DNA of 64,000 nt from Pedobacter sp. (GTDB lineage: Bacteria > Bacteroidota > Bacteroidia > Sphingobacteriales > Sphingobacteriaceae): the NCBI RefSeq assembly GCF_046462515.1, contig NZ_JBKGVD010000006.1, forward strand, positions 107,335-171,334. The letters run 5' to 3'. A model generated the notes under the pieces. That model saw nothing but the letters and a program-made list of their open reading frames with translations. It searched no databases and was not told where the DNA came from. Positions 28,591-38,262 of this stretch are shown here, piece after piece. Positions within the stretch are counted from its first letter, which is position 1; every line of letters begins with the position of its first letter. Both the position numbers and the translations under genes were made by a program.

Positions 28591-31500
28591 TTATTTTACC
28601 ACTTGAACCCATTTGCCTGCCTGCGTGGCACTGATACTATTATTGTACATAGCTTCACAATATACAGCTGGTAAATAGTAACGCCCTACATATGATGCGT
28701 TGAGCAGCACTTTATAAGTAAGTGTTTCGCGCTCACGTATATTAAAGTAAGTAAATACACGGTCATCTCTTATATCCTGGTAAGTGGCAGGCGAAGAGCT
28801 TAAGAAGCCTTCATTATCATTTAATCTGGTATTGATGATTTCCCAACCAGAAGGAAAGATCTGTGTAAGTGCCATTTGTTCATAATAACCCATATTTCCA
28901 GGATTTTTTAGGGTTACTTCGGCATAAAAATCAGTACCCTGTTTAATTACAGCAGGATCTATATCTTGTCCTTTAAGTGTTTTATAACTTACACTCATGT
29001 TTAGATTTTCAGTATTGTTAGGCAGAAAATCATTTTGCCCGTTAGCAGGTTGTCCCTGTAAGACCAATCTAACATACAGAATGTTATTGCCCGTATTGGT
29101 TATTACAGCCTGATTAGACTTAAAACTCAATGCTTGGCTATTCATGAATTCGTTGCTGCTGGCATTTCCTTTCTTTCCATCTATGGTATAACTGTAACTT
29201 AACCGCGTTCCAGCTTTATTTTGTCCGCAGAATTTGGCAATGGCGAGTAGGCCATAAGCAGTAGTTTGCGTACTGTACCAGGTGTCTTCGCCTATCTTTG
29301 CGGCAACACTCTGCATCAGCTTGGCAGCCTCAGTTTTTTGTCCCATTAGGCTAAGGGTTTCCATGATCATGGCTTCATCACGTAGGGTAGAGCCATAAGT
29401 ACCTCCTAATTGCTGGTAAGGTTTAACCGTTTTGTCCAGTCCGCGTGTTAAGCTCAATACTGCTCCGTTTTGCCCGGCCAGTTGGTAAGCAGCAGCTAAA
29501 CGCCATTTAGCGGCAACACTTAAATATTGGAAAGCTTTTAGACGGTTCATGGCGGCCATTTCGGGTTTTTTGGCTAAAGCAAGCGTGTATAAGCGATAAG
29601 CTTGGTTTAAATCGCCTCCGTAAAAATTATCTGCATTTGGTGTCCAATTATTTGCCTTACGTTTTTGGTAGCGTAAAATTTCATCTAACATACCAACAGG
29701 TAGGGTATAACCTGCATTTTGAGCCTCTATCAAGAAATGCGATGCATAGTTGGTTCCCCATTCATCGGCTTTGGCTTCGCCTGGCCAGTAACTTAAACCA
29801 CCTTCGGTACTTTGGAAACCTTTAAGCTTGGCTATGCCTTTCTTAATATTGCGTTCTATCTCAGCTTTTTTCTGCTCGTTTAAAGGAGTAAGCCTGTCTA
29901 AGAATAGTTGAGGGAAAACTCCGGAAGTAATTTGTTCTACACAACCGTGCGGATACTGGATCAGATAATTCAGTCTTTTTTGCAGATTTATAGGAGGGAT
30001 GGAAGAAATTTCTATTACACCTGAGTTTGTTCCTGCCATACCTATGGCTTTGTAGTTGATTTGCTGACTTTGGTTAGGGTGGAGGGTGTAAGAAACTACA
30101 TTGCTAATATAGGGGTTCGGATTTCTGATCTCTATTTCTACATCATATACGCTTTGTTCTTTTCCGCTGCGGGCAATGACTTTAACTTTTGCCACGCCAA
30201 CTGTTTCAGGGGCTGTTACGTTAAAGTATGCCATCTGTTCTCCAGCCTGTGCAAAATTAAGTTGTTGAGTATTACCAGAACTCAAGGTTAATTTATCGCT
30301 TTGAATTTGTACCGATACATTTTTAATGTTGTTATTGGTCGCAAATACATTTACAGGAAGTACAAAATTTTCTCCTGCACCTATTACTCTTGGTAAAGTA
30401 GCATGCAACATCAAAGGATTTTTAACTTCTACCGATTTTTCAACATTTCCATAAGCACCGTCATGCCCGGCTACAACCATTACCCTTACAGCACCAATAT
30501 ATTGAGGTAATTTGAATTTATGGGTCTTATTTTCTCCCTTGCTGATATGGAATGGCCCCATAAATTTAACTACTGGTTTAAACCTGTTGGCCTTTGCAGG
30601 ATTAAGATTACGGTTGATAGAACCATCGCCACCAATACTTAACAGACGTTCTAAATTGCCTCCCCATGCACCTAAAACATAGTCAAATAAATCCCAGGTT
30701 TTAACACCCAGTCCTTCACGTGCATAAAAAGCCTGATGTGGTTGCGGTGTTTTAAAACGAGTAAGATCGAGTAAACCTTCATCAACCATTGCCAATGTGT
30801 AGGTCATTTCTTTACCATTACTTTCGCTTACTGTTACACTGCTTTCTACTTCCGGTTTTAGTACCGAAGCCATTTTTATTACAGGTTTTAAAATGGTTTG
30901 TGGGTTTTCTATATTCAAAGGAATAGCACCGTACATACGTATAGGCAGATCATTTACAGTTTGTGCATGAGGTTGCAGCAAAGTAATATTGGCAAATACA
31001 TTTGGTGCCCAATCTTTTTCGGCTTTAAAACTGTATTGAGTTTGTCCTTTTTTTGTGTCAATCCAAAAGGTCTTTAATACCCTACTGCCATTTTCTATAG
31101 AAATGAGCGCTCTTCCGTTTTCGCCTGTGGGTATGGTAAGGGTAATATCTTCGCCCACATTGTATTTAGCTTTGTTGGCTGTAAAAGAAAGCATTGCCGC
31201 TTCTGTTGGATTGCTGCCTTGTTCTCGCTGGCTCCATCCCGGCCAATCGATATAAACAGATTTTCCAGCTGTGTGCCCGCCATTACCATCTTTTACCAAG
31301 ATAAGGTATCTTCCCCATTCAGGTTCATCTATTCTGAAACTCCAGCTGGCTTTACCGTTTATCAATTTTACGGTTTGCGATTTAATGAGCTTATTGTATT
31401 CGTTCTGCGTAAAATTGGCATAAGTATCTTGGTTATCTTGTTCCCACCACCATCGCCACTGTACCTTATACATTTCTACACGTACGTTTTTATTACTGGC

Positions 31501-34167
31501 CAGTAACTTGCCATCACGGTTTACATTTACAATGTCAATATTGTGAGATTTGCCGGTAAATAACATACCGCTAAGTTTTTCTCCTTCGGGAGCCCTTATG
31601 CCGATGTAGCTGCTATATACATGGTAAGGGATACTAAAATTGTCGATACTGAAATTGCCACCCGGTTCAAAAACTTTAGTCGTGAAATTAGCTCTTAGTA
31701 TGCCGGGAGCTTCTCCATTTTCGCTTAAATTGGTGTTTATAGCTGCATCTCCATTCTCATTCAACGTGCCTTCAAAAATAGTTTTGGCCTGCGATTGAAA
31801 ATGAACCGTAGGATTGTCGAAGCTGTAAGCCTCAAAGCCTTTAAAAGTTGTTGTGGTGGTGTTTAGATTTACATCCACCTTAGCCTTAAGCCCTTTGCCC
31901 GGTGTACCAAACAGCCATTTTGCGTTTAATTTGGCAGGGGCTGCCGCACCGTTTCCTAAGTAGCTACGGCCACCTAAATCAAAATTGATTTTAAGCCGAT
32001 TGGGTACTACGGTTTCAATCTTTAAGTCTTTTGTAAATGTAGAACCGCCCACTTTGGCTTTGAGCAGCCAATTGCCGGTAGGTGCCGTACTTTCTGTCCT
32101 TGTTTTAAAAGTGTAAAATCCGTTTAATGATTGCGAACTGATTACTTTTTTGTCTAATTGTCCTTTAGGATTATACAATTCAAAGGTAACCGGATAGTTT
32201 TGAGGTAATTTATTGAGCTTATCTTCTAAAATAAAAGAAACAAATAGACTATCGCCCGGTCGCCATACACCACGTTCTCCGTAAATAAAGCCTTTTACGC
32301 CATTTTGTACCACGTCTCCACCTACATCAAAACGACTTAAAGGCAAGGAGTTGGCATCGTCTAAACGCAAGTAACCCCGTTCTTTATCTTTTTTAGCTAC
32401 CAGTAAGAAAGGTTTACGTTTCAAGTCAAAAGTGGCCATACCGTCGCTACTTGTTTTTACTTGGGTCAGTACCTGTTTCTGGTAGTCGAGCAATTCTATG
32501 TTTACATCGGCCATGGGTTTGGCAGTAAGCAAATCTGTAGCGATAATCAGCATGCTGTTATCATTCCCTCTTTTGGCAATTAAACCAATATTAGAGGCAA
32601 TTAGATTACGGCTGGCCCATTTTTCACGGGTGTAGTAAGAAGGTGTACAAGGATTATCACGTTCATCCCAACGGTAATTAGAAGGGTAGTAGCTGTTATA
32701 CGCTTGCCAAAATTCATCATCCTCATCAATTTTTTCGCCATAATAATCTTCTTCTTCTCGATTGTTGTTATCTGATTTTTCTCCTTTTTCATCACAATTG
32801 TAGAGATTGTAGGCTTGTCTAAAACCTATAGTTACCCGGTACATGGCACCGGGTTCGGTTCTTATGATTTTATCGAGATCTAAAGTAAAACGGGTTTTCT
32901 TATGGAGATCAACAGATTTATCCTCATCTAAGCGAATGGTTTTTTGTGCAATTGGTTTGGCTACCCTGCGCAGCTCGTTTTCATCTTTGTAATTGTTCGA
33001 TTGGAAGAACTGAGGAATATTGTTTTCATATATTTTAATAATGGTTACATCAACAGCTTTTAAGTTAACGGCTTCAAAAGGCAAAACCAATTTGCCGGAA
33101 TTGGGCATGATACTACCCGTACCCGCTATTGTTACAGAAGGTTTCTTGTTCTCAAAAATAATATTTGCAGTTTTGGCCGCTTCTAAACTCTTATCATTAA
33201 TATTTGTAATGCCAGTGCTTACTACAATATTATAATTGCCCTCAAGTACATCGGCTGCATAAACCTTTACCTGGCTGCCATCTATGGTATAACGTAAATC
33301 TTCTAAACTGCCTAAACTGATTAATCCATTTAAATCCTGACCCACATTTACAGGTTCACTAAATTGCACCAAAGCATAATTATCCGTTTCTTGTACAGAT
33401 TTAATATCTAAGACTTTAAAGATACTCAATGCTGGCACGTTCAGTTTGATTTCGCCTTTGCTCTCACTGGCTTTTATAGCTTTTCCATTCCATTTGAGGC
33501 TAATTTCTTGTTCCTGATTTGTTTTTTTTATGCTGTCTATCTGAAAAGAAGAGCTGTGTTTTTCAGGGTTGTGAAACCACTTGATATTTAATTTTTGCCC
33601 AAAATCGATGCTTAAGGTCTGTTCAATTTCTTTTTGATCTTCTTCATCTGCAGTATATACACTACCCGTTAGCTTCATATAGTTTAACGAGGTATTGTTT
33701 TGTGAAACCAGGCCGTTTTGTGTGACCATCATTCCCGGTTTCATGATCTTAAAGTCAAACTCAAATTCTTCGAGGCCTTTCTCAACCGGAGTTAACTTTT
33801 CTAAATCTAAAGTAGCCGTGTATTCCTGATCGGGTTTTAAAGGTTCGTCGGGCCTAAACTCTATGGTTTGGGCATCTATCCAATAGGTTTTTCCTTTGAT
33901 GTTGGGCGAAAAATCCAGTAATTTACGATCATCGGGTTTACCTAAATCGTTAACAGACTGTATTACACTGGCCAGATGTACTCTTATGAAACTTTTTTTG
34001 GAAATGGTTCCTGAGGTATAAGCATCTATGTATTTTGCATAAGCTTGTTTATCTTTTGCTTTTTTTCTGCCAAAGAAATAAAAGCCGGCTGCGGTTATCG
34101 CAATAATTGCCATTGCAGCAATAATAATACGTTTAAAAGATTTGGTGTTTTTCAGGTTTTTTTCCAT
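28591..34167 (-). CDS. Bacterial alpha-2-macroglobulin
   Basis: 1858 aa; ERGVWRPGD, VDEGLLDLT, thioester motif YPHGCVEQ, DIRDDRV; adjacent to pbpC. Confidence 0.96.
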   Translation of the reverse strand: MEKNLKNTKSFKRIIIAAMAIIAITAAGFYFFGRKKAKDKQAYAKYIDAYTSGTISKKSFIRVHLASVIQSVNDLGKPDDRKLLDFSPNIKGKTYWIDAQTIEFRPDEPLKPDQEYTATLDLEKLTPVEKGLEEFEFDFKIMKPGMMVTQNGLVSQNNTSLNYMKLTGSVYTADEEDQKEIEQTLSIDFGQKLNIKWFHNPEKHSSSFQIDSIKKTNQEQEISLKWNGKAIKASESKGEIKLNVPALSIFKVLDIKSVQETDNYALVQFSEPVNVGQDLNGLISLGSLEDLRYTIDGSQVKVYAADVLEGNYNIVVSTGITNINDKSLEAAKTANIIFENKKPSVTIAGTGSIMPNSGKLVLPFEAVNLKAVDVTIIKIYENNIPQFFQSNNYKDENELRRVAKPIAQKTIRLDEDKSVDLHKKTRFTLDLDKIIRTEPGAMYRVTIGFRQAYNLYNCDEKGEKSDNNNREEEDYYGEKIDEDDEFWQAYNSYYPSNYRWDERDNPCTPSYYTREKWASRNLIASNIGLIAKRGNDNSMLIIATDLLTAKPMADVNIELLDYQKQVLTQVKTSSDGMATFDLKRKPFLLVAKKDKERGYLRLDDANSLPLSRFDVGGDVVQNGVKGFIYGERGVWRPGDSLFVSFILEDKLNKLPQNYPVTFELYNPKGQLDKKVISSQSLNGFYTFKTRTESTAPTGNWLLKAKVGGSTFTKDLKIETVVPNRLKINFDLGGRSYLGNGAAAPAKLNAKWLFGTPGKGLKAKVDVNLNTTTTTFKGFEAYSFDNPTVHFQSQAKTIFEGTLNENGDAAINTNLSENGEAPGILRANFTTKVFEPGGNFSIDNFSIPYHVYSSYIGIRAPEGEKLSGMLFTGKSHNIDIVNVNRDGKLLASNKNVRVEMYKVQWRWWWEQDNQDTYANFTQNEYNKLIKSQTVKLINGKASWSFRIDEPEWGRYLILVKDGNGGHTAGKSVYIDWPGWSQREQGSNPTEAAMLSFTANKAKYNVGEDITLTIPTGENGRALISIENGSRVLKTFWIDTKKGQTQYSFKAEKDWAPNVFANITLLQPHAQTVNDLPIRMYGAIPLNIENPQTILKPVIKMASVLKPEVESSVTVSESNGKEMTYTLAMVDEGLLDLTRFKTPQPHQAFYAREGLGVKTWDLFDYVLGAWGGNLERLLSIGGDGSINRNLNPAKANRFKPVVKFMGPFHISKGENKTHKFKLPQYIGAVRVMVVAGHDGAYGNVEKSVEVKNPLMLHATLPRVIGAGENFVLPVNVFATNNNIKNVSVQIQSDKLTLSSGNTQQLNFAQAGEQMAYFNVTAPETVGVAKVKVIARSGKEQSVYDVEIEIRNPNPYISNVVSYTLHPNQSQQINYKAIGMAGTNSGVIEISSIPPINLQKRLNYLIQYPHGCVEQITSGVFPQLFLDRLTPLNEQKKAEIERNIKKGIAKLKGFQSTEGGLSYWPGEAKADEWGTNYASHFLIEAQNAGYTLPVGMLDEILRYQKRKANNWTPNADNFYGGDLNQAYRLYTLALAKKPEMAAMNRLKAFQYLSVAAKWRLAAAYQLAGQNGAVLSLTRGLDKTVKPYQQLGGTYGSTLRDEAMIMETLSLMGQKTEAAKLMQSVAAKIGEDTWYSTQTTAYGLLAIAKFCGQNKAGTRLSYSYTIDGKKGNASSNEFMNSQALSFKSNQAVITNTGNNILYVRLVLQGQPANGQNDFLPNNTENLNMSVSYKTLKGQDIDPAVIKQGTDFYAEVTLKNPGNMGYYEQMALTQIFPSGWEIINTRLNDNEGFLSSSPATYQDIRDDRVFTYFNIRERETLTYKVLLNASYVGRYYLPAVYCEAMYNNSISATQAGKWVQVVK

Positions 34168-34484
34168 TTCTTAGAATGATTGAAAGATGTAATATGGGCA
34201 AAGAGCCTCATCCAAATATAATTATCAGAACTTAAAGTTTTAAGATTAACCCCTTTAAGTTGTAAATGTTTATGGATATAGCTCATCTCATTGGTTTTTA
34301 AAAGCTTTGTATCCGGATTTTTAACGTATTTGATAGCATGATTAACGACTACGTAAATACGGTTATAATCTAAATCTGTTTTTATCTGATTAAAATACAA
34401 ATAGATAAATCGTCTATCGGGTTGAGTGATGCTCAAAAACTATATTTTTTCGGATATTTAACGTTTCATTTGTGAAAGGGAAGC

Positions 34485-36365
34485 ATGAAAGTTATCATAG
34501 CAGAGAAACCATCGGTTGGGCGTGAACTGGCAAAAGTTTTTGGCGCAAATACCCGTAAAGACGGGTATATTGAAGGTAAGGGGTATTCATTTACATGGGC
34601 TTTTGGGCATTTGCTCCAACTTGCGCCGCCACAAGAATATGGCTATTATGGCTGGCGTAAAACTAATTTACCTATGTTACCTCAAAAGTTCAAGCTATCT
34701 ATCCGTAAAGTAAAAACTAAAGATGGTTTTATTGAGGATCCGGGTGTAAGAAAACAATTGGATATTATTCAAAAATTGTTTGATGAAGCATCTGAAATTA
34801 TTGTAGCGACCGATGCCGGGAGGGAAGGAGAATTGATTTTCAGGTATATCTATTCTTATCTGAAATGTAAAAAACCTTTTAAAAGGTTATGGATATCTTC
34901 ACAAACTGATGAGGCTATAAAAGAAGGTTTCAGGAACTTGAAGCCGGGCAGTGATTATGACACCTTATTTAGTTCGGCTCATTGCCGATCGGTTTCGGAC
35001 TGGCTGGTTGGGATGAATGCCACCCAGGCATTGAGCTTGTCGGCCGGAGGAAAAGATGTATTGTCGTTAGGTAGGGTTCAAACGCCTACGCTGGCCATGA
35101 TCTGTGCCCGTTATCTTGAAATTAAAAACTTTGTCCCAAAAATATATTATCAGATTGCCATACAGGTAGATAAAGACGGACAGCTTTTTAAGGCCCTATC
35201 AACTGATAGTTTTGATACTAAAGAAGCCGGGGAAGAATTATTTGCAAAGGTTAAGGACGTAGCATCGGGTTTTGTAACAGGAGCACATATTGTTGATGTA
35301 GAAGCTAAACCAAGAAAAGAGCCACCTCCTTTATTGCATGATTTGAGTTCATTACAGCAGGAAGCCAATAAAAAATATGGTTACACAGCCGATCAAACTT
35401 TAGGGCTCTTACAAAATCTTTATGAAAGTAAGCTGGTTACTTATCCGCGTACGGGCAGTCGTTACATAGGTGATGATATTTTTGCTACCGTTCCGCAATT
35501 GATCAGCAGTTTACTGGAGCATCCCGCATTTGGTAAGCATGCAGGTAACCTGCAAGAAGCTAAATTAACCAAGCGCAGTGTGAACGCCAAAAAAGTAACA
35601 GATCACCATGCCATATTGATTACAGGTGTAAAACCTTCGCATTTAGGCAAAGACCATCAGGCCGTTTATGATCTGGTAGCCGGACGTATGCTGGAAGCTT
35701 TTCATCAGGAGTGCATTAAAGAGATTACTAAAATTACGGTAGAATCTGAAATCCTGTTTATAGCTAACGGTACAGTGATAAGAAGTGCCGGATGGCGTTC
35801 GGTTTTTAATGATACAGAAGACGATAAAAAAGATGAAGACAATGCCGCTCTACCTAAAGTAAAAAAAGGAGAGGAATTACCTCTTGCAGATAAAGTATTA
35901 TTAGAAAAACAAACCAAACCTAAAGCCATGTATAATGAAGCATCTTTGTTAAAGGCTCTGGAAACCTGCGGCAAAGATATTGAAGATGAGGAGTTAAGAG
36001 ATGCAATGAAAGACAGCGGTTTAGGTACGCCCGCAACCCGTGCAGCTATTATAGAAACTTTACTGACCCGTGAATATATCATTAGGGAAAAAAGAAATTT
36101 AGTGCCTACCACAAAAGGTTTGGCGGTATATGAGGTGGTAAAAGATAAGCAGATTGCACAGGCCGAACTTACCGGGCAATGGGAAAAACGACTGGAAGAA
36201 ATACGTTCGGGGGCTTCTGTGCAACAATTCAAGGCCGAGATTTTGGATTATACCCGTAACATTACGCAAGAACTTTTAGCTGCCGGTATATCATTAAGCC
36301 AAAAAACCAAGCAAGAAGATCATGTTAACGCTGATATAGCTGAAACTGAAATAAACCCAAAATAA
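34485..36365 (+). CDS. topB: Type IA DNA topoisomerase III
   Basis: AEKPSV, ATDAGREGELIF, GRVQTPTL, catalytic TYPRT, GLGTPATRA. Confidence 0.95.
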   Translation: MKVIIAEKPSVGRELAKVFGANTRKDGYIEGKGYSFTWAFGHLLQLAPPQEYGYYGWRKTNLPMLPQKFKLSIRKVKTKDGFIEDPGVRKQLDIIQKLFDEASEIIVATDAGREGELIFRYIYSYLKCKKPFKRLWISSQTDEAIKEGFRNLKPGSDYDTLFSSAHCRSVSDWLVGMNATQALSLSAGGKDVLSLGRVQTPTLAMICARYLEIKNFVPKIYYQIAIQVDKDGQLFKALSTDSFDTKEAGEELFAKVKDVASGFVTGAHIVDVEAKPRKEPPPLLHDLSSLQQEANKKYGYTADQTLGLLQNLYESKLVTYPRTGSRYIGDDIFATVPQLISSLLEHPAFGKHAGNLQEAKLTKRSVNAKKVTDHHAILITGVKPSHLGKDHQAVYDLVAGRMLEAFHQECIKEITKITVESEILFIANGTVIRSAGWRSVFNDTEDDKKDEDNAALPKVKKGEELPLADKVLLEKQTKPKAMYNEASLLKALETCGKDIEDEELRDAMKDSGLGTPATRAAIIETLLTREYIIREKRNLVPTTKGLAVYEVVKDKQIAQAELTGQWEKRLEEIRSGASVQQFKAEILDYTRNITQELLAAGISLSQKTKQEDHVNADIAETEINPK

Positions 36366-36395
36366 TTTGTATAAAAATACATTAAGTTAAAAATA

Positions 36396-36475
36396 AGGTT
36401 GTTTCAAATTCAGTCTCTGTCTGAGATTCTGAAACGAGTTCAGAATGACGAAACTCAAGATTTTTGAAACAACCT
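36396..36475. repeat. REP-like hairpin nested inside 13-bp inverted repeats
   Basis: AGGTTGTTTCAAA (36396-36408) and TTTGAAACAACCT (36463-36475) enclose AG-ATTCTGAA-ACGAG-TTCAGAAT-GACG (36424-36450). Confidence 0.8.
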
Positions 36476-36495
36476 CTTGATAAAATACTTAGGAT

Positions 36496-37029
36496 TTACT
36501 TCACTTTCTTGGCACTGTACCATGTGTTGCCATCTTTAATATAAAGGTCAGCTTCTTTTGGTCGGTCATGTAAGCCTACTTTCCAGTTTTTCTTTTCCTG
36601 AGCGTTTATCATTTCAATAGGGTAGTCTTTATCACCTGTAAGCTGCCATTTTCCTTTGATTATTTTTTGCTCCCAGCTGCTGTTCCAGATATAAGTACCA
36701 TCGGCGTTGATTTTTATGCTTCCGGGCAATACACCTGTTCCGGCAGAATTGTGGATTACATCCTGTTTGCGACTATAATCAGGTACAACATAAGAAGTGC
36801 CTGGAACCCAATAATAATAAGTTCCATAGAATTTATTCAGATTACTTGCAGTATGGACTGAAGCTGTAACAGGCGGCGTATTTTTCTGAACTGGGGTAGC
36901 AGGTTTATCAGGAGTAATTATCCGGGCCTTAAAAACTTCTGGTTCTTTGCTTTGCGCAAAACCATTTAATGTAGCCAGCAGGCAAGTTGCTGGTAACAGG
37001 ATTTTGAAATGATTAAATGTTATTTTCAT
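36496..37029 (-). CDS. Secreted hypothetical protein
   Basis: 177-aa ORF with a signal peptide ending GFAQ; beta- and Trp-rich C-terminal domain. Confidence 0.8.
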   Translation of the reverse strand: MKITFNHFKILLPATCLLATLNGFAQSKEPEVFKARIITPDKPATPVQKNTPPVTASVHTASNLNKFYGTYYYWVPGTSYVVPDYSRKQDVIHNSAGTGVLPGSIKINADGTYIWNSSWEQKIIKGKWQLTGDKDYPIEMINAQEKKNWKVGLHDRPKEADLYIKDGNTWYSAKKVK

Positions 37030-37092
37030 AAGCGTAAAAATTATTGGTTAATCGGTTATTAAAATTAATTAAAATAAAATATCTACAGATCA

Positions 37093-37893
37093 TTATTGAG
37101 TGCCATTAGCAGCTGTTTTAGTGGTACTAATGCCATCAAAACTAATATTGATACCAATACCTAACCAAGGTTTTTTGTTATAGATCCATTCTGCTTCTTT
37201 GTCTTTCTTTCCTAAGAAATCCCAACCTACAAAAAGTCCAAGATTTACATATTTATCAGGTTTGATTACGCCACCTAAAGAGGTTGTCAGTGCCGAAGCG
37301 GTACGATTTTCTGTAACCTTACTGTTATCACTATCTAAATTAATTCTTGTAAGCCCCAATCCCCACGACAGGTCGAGCCATGATTCCTGTTTTGTTTGCT
37401 GCCCAAATCCAAATACCACATTGGCTTGTAAGGAAAGTGCGGTTTCAAAATCGAAATCTCCACTATTTATGCCCCTTAATCTAAAAGGTATGGTATAAGC
37501 ACCTACTTTCGCACCTTTGTATCTTCGGTATAACCTGTCGGCTACAGTCTTAAAGTCTTCTTTTTTCATTTTAAAGACTTTATCGTCATTATATTTAGAT
37601 TTTAAGGTGCTATCCTTAAAATCCCAGTATTTATAATATACATATCCTTGCTTTTCGTAAAGTGCCCTTACTTTATATCCACCAGTAGGTACTTCCTGAT
37701 CTACTAAGTTTTTCTCCTTATTCTTTTCATAAAATAACTGTTCTAAAGGAAGCCCACTTAGATCATATTTAAACTGATAACTTACATTGATAAGTGTTGC
37801 GGTATCTTTTTTAGCGGTATCTAAGATTTTTGTTTGCGCATAGGAAAATGTACTGATCAGTAAAATTCCTATAAAAGTTAATTTTATTTGCAT
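37093..37893 (-). CDS. Secreted hypothetical protein, possible small beta-barrel
   Basis: Signal peptide MQIKLTFIGILLISTFSYAQ; amphipathic strands such as KPWLGIGINISF. ATG at 37893 preferred. Confidence 0.78.
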   Translation of the reverse strand: MQIKLTFIGILLISTFSYAQTKILDTAKKDTATLINVSYQFKYDLSGLPLEQLFYEKNKEKNLVDQEVPTGGYKVRALYEKQGYVYYKYWDFKDSTLKSKYNDDKVFKMKKEDFKTVADRLYRRYKGAKVGAYTIPFRLRGINSGDFDFETALSLQANVVFGFGQQTKQESWLDLSWGLGLTRINLDSDNSKVTENRTASALTTSLGGVIKPDKYVNLGLFVGWDFLGKKDKEAEWIYNKKPWLGIGINISFDGISTTKTAANGTQ

Positions 37894-38005
37894 GGCTTTA
37901 ACATTTATTGATTTATTGGCGGTTGAAAACAAGCGCAGAAATAAATGAAACGACCGGAATATCTTTTGCCTTTACTATAAAAGTACTCAATTATAGGAGG
38001 TACAT

Positions 38006-38027
38006 AAATACCTATTAATAGGTATTT
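38006..38027. promoter_or_regulatory. Perfect 22-bp palindrome in a divergent intergenic region (candidate operator)
   Basis: AAATACCTATTAATAGGTATTT. Confidence 0.5.
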
Positions 38028-38262
38028 TTCTGAGTATATAGATTAGATTTATAAAACAGATAAATAGAAGTACAGATGCTTTTTACAAATAACAGTGATG
38101 CTTAAATTTAAGCTATATCTTTAACCATATTGTAAATAAATAACATACATTTCAATGAATAAAGAGACTTGATAAAAGAGTTATAATTTTTACAAGTCTT
38201 CTTATAAAAGCTACCCAAAAGCATATGTAATGGAAATTATCTTTGTGAAAAAAGAAGTACAC

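Noticed and set aside
34152..34436. 94-aa ORF in the alpha-2-macroglobulin/topB divergent spacer
   Set aside because: Non-ATG start, overlaps the alpha-2-macroglobulin start, no motif. The spacer is more simply two promoters.
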